Source of the DNA: Selaginella moellendorffii
Taxonomy: Eukaryota > Plantae > Lycopodiophyta
Direction of reading: 5' to 3'
DNA: 64,000 bases
NCBI RefSeq assembly: GCF_000143415.4
Contig: NW_003314265.1
Span: 3,902,443 to 3,966,442, forward strand
Within the stretch, counting starts at the first letter, position 1. The number at the start of each line of letters is the position of its first letter. Position numbers and translations under genes: made by a program. Below the pieces are notes generated by a model. That model was not told where the DNA came from. It searched no databases and saw only the letters and a program-made list of their open reading frames with translations. Below are positions 43,614-54,700 of this stretch, one piece after another.

Positions 43614-43985
43614 AGGTGGACCTCGATCGATTCATCCACCACAAGCTGGAATTTTTCCTTTGCTACTTTTTCTTTTGTACAAATTGTGCTTTGTGAGGGA
43701 GGAGCGGCACAGAGATCACTGCGAAAAGAAGCAAGAACAAATCCATCGCTGAGAAGGAAGTGAGATTTTTCCGACCGCATCGCTTGCTTTTCCCGGGTCC
43801 GTCCGCCAAAAAATGTACAGTCCCTTTTGAGTCAATTGATCAATCAATGAGGTCCAATCCATAGAAAATCTGTTTTGTCACTCGTTCGTTCTTATCCGGA
43901 TTTTTCCGCTAATCCAAACCGGATTGGATCTTTCGAAAAGACGCGATTTTTTCTTCTCTCGATGTTTTCGGCATCGTGAGGATTC

Positions 43986-45893
43986 ATGAGAGCGGCGCCT
44001 CTCCGATCAATTCCAGCAGCTCCACCGCCATCGCATTCCGCCCTCGTCTTCCTTCTCAGCTCGTGCGGCGCCGGTGATCTGCCCAAGCTCCGGAGCATCC
44101 ACGCCCAAATCCTCCACAGCGATTTCTCCCGCGATAAGCTCCTCAACGATCATCTCCTCCGCCTCTACGGCAAATGCGGCTGCCTGGACGAGGCATGCAG
44201 GGTCTTCGATGCCATCGCCCACAAGGACGTCTACACGTGGACGGCCATGGTTGGCGCTTACGCCCAGGCAGGCAGCATCGACGGCGCAAAATGCCTCTTC
44301 GACCAAATGCCCGAGAGGAACGCCGTGACATGGAACGCGATGATCACAGCATATGCCAAAGCAGGGCATCTGGAAGAAGCAAAGAATCTCTTCGATCGAA
44401 TGCCACAGTGGACGTTGATCTCGTGGAATATCATGTTGGTTGCTTACGCCACTGATCATGATCTAAAAGGTGTACTTGATCTGCTCGATTCGATGCAAGA
44501 GAGAAACGTATTTACTTGGAACATGGTGCTCACCGCATTTGCCCAAGAAGGGCAATTTGAGGCCGCAAAGTCAATATTCCAATCCATGCCGGATTGGAAT
44601 CTCGCTACCTGGACGACAATGCTGCAGGCCTATGCCCAAATGGGGCACCTCTCCGACGCTTGGGTGGTGTTCCGGTCCATGCCGGAGCATGACGTGATAA
44701 GCTGGATCGCAATTCTCCTTGCGAACTACCAAAACAGCGACCTCGCGAGCACGAAAGCTGTGTTTGATTCCATGCCGGACTGGAGTGCTGCTTCGTGCAC
44801 GGTGATGCTCCAGGCCCTTTCCGACCGTGGCCACATCACTGCTGCAAGGGACGTCTACGATTCGATTACGGACAAGAATGTGGTGGCGGGGACGGCCATG
44901 ATCACCGCGTATTCCCAGGCGGGAATGCCCACCCACGCCCAGGAGGTTTTCGATTCCATGGAAGAGAAAAACGTGCTGACGTGGAGCTCGCTCATGTCTG
45001 CATATGCCCAGGCCAGGCAGATGCCTCAGGCGGAGAATCTCTTTGAGCATATGCCAGAGCGGAACCTGGTGTCGTGGTCAACGATGATATCCGGGTTCGC
45101 GGAGAATGGCAACTTGGAGAATGCAAGATGCTGTTTTGATTCCATGCCGGAGCACACGCAGGCAGCGTGGAACGCAATGGCGGCAGCATATACCATTTGC
45201 GGGCATCTGGAAGACGCTAAGGAAACGTTCGACGACATGCCCGATCGAGACCAAATCTCCTACACGGCCATGGTCCAATCTTACGCGCAAAACGGAAACA
45301 TAGGCGAAGGGATATCGCTCGTCTACGCAATGCCGCACAGAGACGCCAAGACCTGGAATGCGATAATGGCAGCACTTGCCCAGAAGGGGTATCTGGATCG
45401 CGCGCGCCGGGTGTTCGACGCCATGCCAGAATCCAACGGAGTCTCGTGGAGCGCCATAGTCTCCTGCTACGCGCAGACGGGCCGCGGGGAGTCAGGTGTC
45501 CGGATGTTTGCGGCAATGGCGGCGGAGGGATTCCCCGCAGACCAGGTGGCTTGCCTGAGCGGGCTCGTTGCTCAAACCCACATCGGCAGGGTCCCGCAGT
45601 GCTGCGCCTTCTTCCGCTCCATGCAACAGGACTTCGGGGTGGCGCCGCTGGCGGAGCACTTCCTGTGCATGGTGGACTTGCTGGGAAAGGCCGGGCATCT
45701 GGAGCGAGCGGAGGAGCTGGTGGAGACCATGCCCTACGTACCGCACGTCAAGACGTGGGGCGCGCTGCTGGGCGCTTGCCGGCTCCATGCAGACGTCGGG
45801 CGGGCCAGCGACGCGGCCAGGAATCTCTTCGCCGTGGACACTCGAGATTCCGGATCTCACGTGTTGCTGTCCAACATGTGTGCTTATCCGTGA
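43986..45893 (+). CDS. PLS-class pentatricopeptide repeat protein with E-type C-terminus and no DYW domain
   Basis: Repeated (F/D)xMPERNxVxWNAMI units; HFLCMVDLLGKAGHLERAEELVETMPYVP...WGALLGACRLH. Confidence 0.95.
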   Translation: MRAAPLRSIPAAPPPSHSALVFLLSSCGAGDLPKLRSIHAQILHSDFSRDKLLNDHLLRLYGKCGCLDEACRVFDAIAHKDVYTWTAMVGAYAQAGSIDGAKCLFDQMPERNAVTWNAMITAYAKAGHLEEAKNLFDRMPQWTLISWNIMLVAYATDHDLKGVLDLLDSMQERNVFTWNMVLTAFAQEGQFEAAKSIFQSMPDWNLATWTTMLQAYAQMGHLSDAWVVFRSMPEHDVISWIAILLANYQNSDLASTKAVFDSMPDWSAASCTVMLQALSDRGHITAARDVYDSITDKNVVAGTAMITAYSQAGMPTHAQEVFDSMEEKNVLTWSSLMSAYAQARQMPQAENLFEHMPERNLVSWSTMISGFAENGNLENARCCFDSMPEHTQAAWNAMAAAYTICGHLEDAKETFDDMPDRDQISYTAMVQSYAQNGNIGEGISLVYAMPHRDAKTWNAIMAALAQKGYLDRARRVFDAMPESNGVSWSAIVSCYAQTGRGESGVRMFAAMAAEGFPADQVACLSGLVAQTHIGRVPQCCAFFRSMQQDFGVAPLAEHFLCMVDLLGKAGHLERAEELVETMPYVPHVKTWGALLGACRLHADVGRASDAARNLFAVDTRDSGSHVLLSNMCAYP

Positions 45894-45988
45894 ATCCGAT
45901 AATATAAAATGTGCGATTTTATTTAAATTAACCATAGGTATATTCGCGGAATCTTTCGGCCTTTATAAAGTAGAGCTGCGGAAAAAGG

Positions 45989-46415
45989 ATGTCTAGTTTT
46001 CTGCAAGGATCTCTCCCTTTTCGTCTTCCCAGAGCACTGCAAGAAGCTGAGAGGAGGAGGAACTGCAAGGCTGGGGTCACGCGCTGCTCCTTCTCCTCCT
46101 ACGCATGTGGCGCGACAGCAGATCTCTACGCGCTGCTGGGCGTGAGCTCTGGCACTGACTTTCCTAGGAATCATTGAGCGAGATGGAGTGCTTGGTCTGT
46201 ATCGCGGCTTTGTTCCCAATGCACTGAAGAACCTTGCCTCGGAGCATCTACCGCATCGCACCGATGTCTGCCTGACCAGTGACTGCGAGCAATGCTCGTG
46301 CGTCCAGGAGGCATACCAGCTGCTGTGTTACCCGGCTATTTGGGAGGCAAAGACGAGAACTTCATCTAGCAACTCAGCATGTCGTAGGACGATTTCTCTT
46401 CTTTTTCATTGTTAG
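45989..46415 (+). pseudogene. Chimeric fragment: J-domain-like pieces flanking a mitochondrial-carrier-family fragment
   Basis: DLYALLGVS ... GIIERDGVLGLYRGFVPNALKNL ... TDVC...VQEAYQLLCYP, with a frame break. Confidence 0.5.
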
Positions 46416-48764
46416 ATATTTAGAACCACATTGTCATTATCATGTTTTATTACACACATTAACTCTAAAGGATATAATAAGTCATAAATATGATTAGATT
46501 TTTTTAATTTTAATGAAAATCATCTGTACACAAATATTACATAAATGTCAAAGGTGACTACTTGCTGCTCACTTGTTCACCTGTAGAACTAGTGACCGTG
46601 CAAGAGATCTAGATTCGTCAACTTTGAAGAATAACTTGCACTGAATTGGAATAGAAATCTATTGCAAAAATCTTGTCTCTACATTGCTTTTTTAGCTCCT
46701 TGATTGCCACAATATCTATCTTGGTCATTGTGGCTATAGATCTTTCATAAAGACCTACACATTCGCAAGAAAAGAAAGCACAGTCACATGATGCATCTGG
46801 AATTACTCTACTTCGCAAAAACGTCTAGAACATAGAGTAGTCTCGGTTTTTGGGTTCAAGGTTTAGCACCTTTGGGTGAATGTATGATACAGCACAAAAT
46901 AATACTTCATAACTAAATTCTTTTGAACCAGTTTTTACAAATGTGAAAGTTATACAACTTTTTGAAATATATGGTTGGCAAGGCTTAATATAAGTTTACA
47001 GTAGTTCAAATCCTAGCTAGAATGCTTCCAAGCTCAGCTAGGTTAGGCAATTCCCCATACTCAGCTATTTGTCATGCTCTAGGTGCAGATCTCAGCATTA
47101 GCATCATATAAATATGCTAAAACAATGAAAAGAAAAAGTTGCCTCTCAGCATAGACATATTGCTCAGCATGATCGTTTGAAAGGAGTTCCTTATCCTTTG
47201 CAAATTTGAGGGGTGATTGATCAAAAGTGGTGACATTTCTGGCATCCATGAAGGAGCCAATTGCATTTAAATGAAGAACTTAGGCTAGAAGAATTCAAGA
47301 ATCATAATGTTGTAAAAATAAAACACAAGAAACTGCCAACCATTGACATCTCTACTCACTAGCTATCAACTACCATCATTACAAGATGTGTATGTATTTC
47401 TATTTTCCTAGCTTTGTACTTTGAAATTTTTAAACTAACTGGGTTGATCTAACACAATGAAAGAGCTGTCAAGCACATGGAAAACAAAAATGATCTTGCT
47501 TTGTATGTGCTCAACAACTCTTGGTGTAAAATTGAATCTCATGCCAAATATGATCCTAGGGTCATAAGGTACTGCTTTAGGATCTTGTAAAAGGAACAAA
47601 AAACAAGATCATCAATACCAAAGAATCAACTTGAGTTGGAAGCAGGAGCAATGTAATGTTTGGAAGAGCTAAAGGCATCAATAGGCAAGTGCTCATAATT
47701 TAGAATTGAGGATTCTAGCATTTGGATTTTCAATAAGCAATATAGGGAAATTTATACAAATGCTGTACAAAGGATGGAATAAACTCTTCCAGAATACAAG
47801 TTTCGCAAGCTGTGGTATACTTAGAAAGGAAAAGTTCAAGTGCAAATATTGTGGTCAAGTTGGATAAAACAAGTGCACTATACAAAAAGGAGTTTGCAAG
47901 TTTTGTGTAGGAGAAGTGGTTGTGGTTATCTAGGTGGATCATTTAAGTGGATGAGTCATGAAGAGCTCTCCATTGAGTTTGTACAAACCAAGCACAAAAT
48001 TTAACATGCAAAGTCTTTAAAATTGAAAAAATTAATATATATTGCAAACAATCACAAATTAGAAGAATGGCTAAAGATATAGTAAAAATTGCTACACATG
48101 AATATAAGTTTTTTATCATATTTTTCATTTTTCTCAATTACACATGTTACTTTTGCAATGAACAATACTTCAATTGACATGATTTATAATATTGCAAAAT
48201 TGAGACTTCTATATAAGTAATAAATAAAGACTCTAGACTCTTTTGAAGATGAGTTTGCACAGGATTAAGATAGCACAATCTAGCCTCCAGGAAGCAACTT
48301 TGAATAATTGTAAATGAATATTAATCTCTATTTCTACATAATTGTATTCCATTTATTTATTTTATTACATTTGAATCAGCTAAATGAGATCAATGCTAGA
48401 TTGGCTTTGGATATAACACTCACAGAAATCAAATTTACAGTCTAGTATTTATCAAAATAATATTATATATTTAATATTAATTTTTAAAACATTAGTGGTA
48501 AATTAGCTTCTAGAAGATGTTCATTTGGAAATAAATGGATTTGAAGTCTTGAGAAAAAAATCATAAGAAACAAAAATTCATTTAAAGAAGATTATAAAAT
48601 TTATAATATATACATAGAGTTTCCAAAAATAAAGACTTCATGAAGGATTTGTTAATGCAATTCTTAAGTTTTAAATTAATAGCTATACATATAATCTAAA
48701 TCCAAAATAAATTTTTTGCTATGAGGTCTAAGTGTACAGCTATGATGCCATATGTTAATATCAG

Positions 48765-51110
48765 TGTAGTGGGATTTTAGTCGCTATTAGATTGATTTCA
48801 ATTTGAACCACTAACTCTTATATATAAACTAGGGTCTTTGGGCTAATTGATACTAGCTACCAAGGGCTAAAGTGAGAACCTTCTACAATCGTGGCAGTAA
48901 AAAAAAGAATTAATATGTAACTTTTAATACCTGTAATCACATTTGTGACAGATAGGTCTCATACTTTCACATTAGTGGAGTTGAGGGATAACTTTGATTA
49001 TCCCTAAAGAGTGATTGGATTTGGGATTTTGGTTTAGATTTAACTTTTACATTGTTTAGATCCCTTTTCATATAGCTTTTCTCACCTTCTTCTCTTTGTT
49101 ATTTCCTTTTAATGGTAGAGTAGCAACCTCCTCCCCCTTTAACTCTGGAGCAACAATTAGTGCAATTGCTCAATGCTATGCAATTTGTCAAGAATCCTTT
49201 AATTCTTGCCACATTCCTAACTCTCTCCAGATTCATGACCTACAAACTACATTCTTGACTTTTGAGACACTTCCTTATTCCTGACTCTTTGATTTCTTGT
49301 ATGATTCTTGATTCCCGAACCACATTTCTGATGATGACATGGCGCCTCCTCGACCTTAGCTATATTTAGGCCGTCCTTGATCTAAGAGTGGTGGAGCTTC
49401 ATCAACTTATAGTATATATAGGTTAGCCTTATTCCATTTCTCCACAATCTGAATTAACGCCAATTTAAGGTTTTTTCTTCGTCTCCACTAGCTTTTCTCT
49501 TTGTCTTTTACATTCTCCAGTCCTGATCTTGTTGAGGGTCTTGACAGTTTGATTCAGATTGTGCTTTTTGTTTTTACTTTAGCTCGTTTTGATTATTTGA
49601 TTGCCTTTGCCTTTTTCCCCCTTTTCTTTCTTTTTTGCCGATGGAGTCTCCAAGCCATCCTGATTCCTTCGCTGAAGTCCTTATAGAAATCCAATTTGAG
49701 AATACCAAGTTGAAGGCGGCCCTTCTTCACAAAGAACTTCACTGGGAAACTCACATTCGGTTCAGGAACTTTGCTTGATCCTTGAGCCGAAAGTGAAGCA
49801 AGCTCCTGTTGCAAGGCAAGCATTTGGAGCTTCATGGATTCCTGAACTAGATGAAGTTGATCTTCATACTTCAACATTGGCAGTACCCCACTCCTGAGTC
49901 TCAAATCGGCACGATCAGGACGTTGCTTGAAGGTGTAGCTTTGTCATGGTTTTCTCCTCTCCTGGAGAAGAGCATGAAAGGGGTCATGGTTCTGGAGTTG
50001 ATGGATCTTTAGTTGTTCAAAGAGAAGCTCGAAGCATGTTTTGGCGAGACAAATCAAGTTTGGGCTGTTACCACAAAGATGAGACGTCTCTTTCAGGGGT
50101 CTCGTCTTGCCTCGATCTATGCTGTGGAGTTTCAACTCCTTGCCTTGGACACTCAGTGGGATGAGCGGGCCCTAATTGATCAATTTCGTTTCGGCCTCAA
50201 CACGATGTCAAGGATTTATTGCTTACCATGGAAGATCCTATGGACTTATCGAACGCAATCAACAAAGATGTTCAATGTGACAATTGTCTCTTTGAACATC
50301 GTCAGGAAAGTCGTTGCACCGCCATTTTTCCATCCTAGACTTAGGAATTCCAGTTTGAGTCTTCGGGGCATACTTCTGAATCTACTTCTTTGGTCCCGAT
50401 GGATATTTCTGGTACTCCCTAACTCATTAAAGGGAAGATAAGTCCTATTGAGAAGCAACGTCGAGTATCTCAGAATCTTTGCCTTTACTATGTTGATCCT
50501 AATCACAAAGCAGCTGTGTGTCCCAAGAAGCATCCCCGACTGCTCAAGTTCACTCTGCCTCAAGGTGCACCTTTGTTGCAGTCGGGAAACGACCCTATCC
50601 AAACAAAGTAGGAGCTATCTGTTTGAACTCCCCGAATAAAAATCCATTTTCTTCTTTATTAAGCTCCTCACCACCTTTCATCAAAGCCACCATTAATTCC
50701 CACAACTTCCGCATCCTATGTCTTCTTTCTTTCACCGGACAATCAAGACTCAAGGCTTTGGTGCTACTGGACTCGAGTGCAACTTCCTGCTTCATGGAAA
50801 CGAACTTTGCTACCTAACATCACGTTCCTCTTTCTCCTACCATACGGGATCTAAGGGTTGAAGGCACCGATGAGCATTTTGTGTCTCCATTTTTTGGACT
50901 TAGGGAAATGTTGCATGTTCGAGTACACATCGGGTCCACTGTCATCAATATCACCTTCAACATCATCAACAACAGGTCCTTCTTTGTGGTGCTCGGCCTT
51001 CCTTGGTTCCAACTGCACCAGCCTCAGATCTGTTGGAAGGAATTACAGTTCATCTCTCCCACATCTTCCCCTACTGCTCATCGAGTCTGAATCAGGAAAA
51101 GTTTCCTAAA
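48765..51110 (+). mobile_element. Gypsy LTR (48765-49112) and PBS-like site, followed by a degenerate Tf1/Tcn1-like gag-protease
   Basis: TGTAGTGGGATTTT start, TGGTAGAG at 49113; gag LEACFGE...LFQG...YAVEFQLLALDTQWDERALIDQFRFGL; CLYY..NH...CP knuckle remnant; LLDSSATSCF protease. Confidence 0.85.
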
Positions 51111-51767
51111 CTTAAATTGGGGTTCTGTTCCTGACTTTACGAAGTCTTCACCCTCTGTGCTCCCTATCCTTTAATCCTCTTTTCCCTTTCTTCCATCTTA
51201 CATTAGACAATATCTTTGTCCCATCATTTCATTCAGTCGTATGTCTCCTCCTATCTCCACAATCACTATGAAAGAACTCCTTCACAAAGAATCTATTTTC
51301 CTTTTTGCTTTGCATGTTTCTCCTGTTAGTCTTCATAAGCTCTATTTCGTTAAAGTGGGAATTGTCATTATCCCACTTGTAAAATAAGGTTTCCAAACCT
51401 TTATATAGTATATAAATATAACAAAATTCAACTGCATTGAGGCACATGCCATTTTATTTTAAACAAGGAAATGTCTACTCAATCACTTCTCACTGCTTCA
51501 CCTCTCTCTTCTCCTTGTCATCGTCGTCCAATTTCTTTCCATCCTTTTAATATTGGCTCAGTTGCTCCGAGTCTAGGTGGAGCCCAAGTCCCCATTCAAT
51601 CTTTACTTTCCCCTTATTAATAAAACAACTTCGTAGACTTCCAATAACATGCTGTAACACTTCTAGTATAATGCAAATCCTCTCAAAGAATTGTCTTTTA
51701 ATATTAATACAATGGCATGGAACCCCATGCCATAATAAGTTACATTTTTAAATAAATACATGCCATC

Positions 51768-54700
51768 TCAGACTGTTATTTTTTGCCTCCAACGCTTATA
51801 CAATAATCTTGGAATTTCATCACTCTCCACACTATCAGGATTTAAACCCAATAGTAATGCCATCTCTTCTCTAATACGTCCACGCTCATGTTCAGTGGTC
51901 GAAGAACCCATCCGGTTGAGCAGATTATGGAGATGCGGATAGTGCTTGGCTAGACAATATACATGCCATAAATGATGACTGGTGTCTGTCCGATCAAATG
52001 GCTTCTGATATACCGTTCCATCTGCCATTTGGTTGATTTCTGCAGCCACCTCCTGGACTGGCCGGTTCTCTATCACCATCGCTTCAAGCCGTTTTGCAAG
52101 GTCCCCCAGAACATATGGTTTCTTCTCCCTAGTTTCCATACTGCAAGAGATGGGGTGCACTGCATATGTGTGCGTGTTCGCTGCAGTTTTAATCGGCGAG
52201 TCATCGATGATGAGGATTTCACTTGACCTAGCAGTCCGGTTCATCACTACAGCCTCTGCCTTGACGAAGATGGGCTTGCTACCCCTCACATGGACCATAG
52301 TCAAGCAATCCTCCTGCGTTAGGAGAAAGTCAAATGGTAATATTACTCGCGTCTGATCGTGCATCATCTGTAGCAACGTTAATGCATTGTGGCGCATCAT
52401 GGATGTCCAAACTCCCAATTGCAAATTGAACCCGGCCCTCTGTTTTAAGTGTCGCATGGTCATTATTAGATCCCGCAGTTTCTCCCGTGTGATTAATGTG
52501 AATCTGTCTCTTTTGACCAACTTGCGACCGCAGGCTTTGGAGGGTGCAGTGACATTCGAGGACGAGCCACGCTCATGGGAGAAAAGGACACCGTTCAGAT
52601 CAAAAACGATACAGTACTTTCGCCGTGACTCTGAAATGAAATGCGTTAGCATAAAAAATGGTACAAGTCAATTTTACCATCTACAATATTAGCGAATGGT
52701 GCTCCCGATGGTCGTTTAGAGGGTTTTGGTCGAGGAAACGTGAAGGGCGGAAATACTCTCCTCTGCAATGTGGGGTCAATCGCATCCGATGGCGTGTGGG
52801 CACATGCCATTTCAGCTGTAGACTCTGGTACAACTGGCTCAACAGTGGCATGGGGTGGTTCCGATGGCGTGTGATCACACGCCATTTCAGCTGGTGCCTC
52901 CGTTGGCAAAGTGGACATGACCGAACAGGCAGCAGGGGCGGTGTAGGGAGGTTCCAACGGCGCGTAGTCAGACGATTGGGCACACGTTGGAAATGAGGAT
53001 ACGACCGGCTCGGCGGCTGGGGCGGCCTCATGCGGGTCCAATGGTGCCTGGTCACCGTCAGTTGGATACGTGGACAAGATTGACTCAGTGGTATGGGCAG
53101 CATCAAGTGGAGCGTGGTCAGCTTGCTTGGCGTTGATATGGATAGTAGCCTCCACCAGCTCTGATGACTTTTGCAGGCAAGTAGAGTCCACTGGCGGATC
53201 CATATGCATGTCCAAATATCTCCCTTCGATTGAGATGGTATCCTCCCGTGCTACTAAAAACAAACTCATTAGCACATTGAATCGACTATACTGTATTTAC
53301 CATCAACTGCTATTGAGGAACTAGGATCGATATCACTTGGGCGCACTGCTGATTCTGAAGGATTGGACATACGTTTCGACCCTTGCTTGGCACTATCCTT
53401 CCTCGACACTAAAGGCTAGAGTTTGTATCTTAATTCAACTGAATAATCTCTACTTACCATTTCTTCTGCGACCTACATGGACAATGTTAGAAATGGTAAA
53501 AGGTTAGGAATGAATGTACTATTATTTACCTGATGGTTTGTCTTGTATGACCTTCCTCCGCTGCTCTTTGGCCACCTCAGGCTGGCCATCATTGTCATCA
53601 TCGTCATCGTCGTTATTGTGATCGTCACCATTGTGAGGACCATCCAAGTCCTCTTCGTCCTCCTCTTCTTCGTCCTCCTCTTCTTTGTCCTCCTCTTCGT
53701 CCTTCTGCTCTTCCTGCTCATTATCTTTCTCTGGCTCCTCATCCCCCTCTTGCATTTCTTCCATAGGCTGCTCAGGTTGGATTGCTTGTTTTTCCAGGAC
53801 CATCTTGGAAAAATCATCTGGCCGAGTCTCCATCTCAAAATACAAGACATCCATAGCCTGTTTTAGTGCGTGACCTAGGACCGTATCCTCACCCGACTGT
53901 CTTAACATGGTTTCTGCACGTTCTTGCACCCTTCGAAGACGACGAGATGAGAAAAACGTGGCCCTGACTTGAAAAGCATCCCTCATCCATTGTACCTCTC
54001 CATTGAGATTGGGGAAGGGGAGTCCGCCATAGGAATCTGAGTCAGAAGGTGGTGACTGGCTCCTTTCACTCAGCCCTTGATCTGCAATGAATGGCATGAG
54101 CACACACGCCATAACCGCGAGGCATTACCTATCATCTTTTCGTTGCCCTTCTTCCTGTTCGAATCAAACGCCTCTGATCCCGACGACTGTCCAACGTGCT
54201 TTCGCTTTTTATGACCACTGTCAGTTTGAGCTTGGCTGGTGCTTGCCTGTTTTGCCTTTGAAGAAGTGTCTCCTGCAAGGAATGGCATGAGACCACATGC
54301 CATTGCAAATATAATTTGTACCTCCTTTTTTCCTATTGCTTGTCTGTTTGTCCTTCTTCGACGCGCCACCAGTGCGCTTTTCAGTCCTCGTGTCTGAATA
54401 TTCACAACGATCTATAATCAAAATGGCATGAGGCCTCACGTGACCTTACCTTGTGCAGGTTGTGACCTCGGCCTAACATCAGTAGCTGTTAACGCCGTTT
54501 CAGCATCTGGGGGTGGCCACGCTCCTGCATACAGAGCTTGTGAGATAACATTTAAACTTAAAGTGCGTACTCACCAGGTTCATAGAGAAGATACTGTTTT
54601 TCTTTGGCAACTGTAATTATATGCTCCATTGAAGTCACCTCTTCAATGGAGTTTGTCACCGCAACACACGGGACACCCTTGAGTAGTGCGGCTCGAAAGA

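Noticed and set aside
46600-48700. AT-rich region with possible decayed coding fragments
   Set aside because: No motif I could assign with confidence
51110-51710. Search for the transposon's terminal inverted repeat or TSD
   Set aside because: Cannot be defined without the right end, which lies outside the window
53543-53866. Hydrophobic, membrane-protein-like ORF
   Set aside because: Antisense of the Glu/Asp-rich exon
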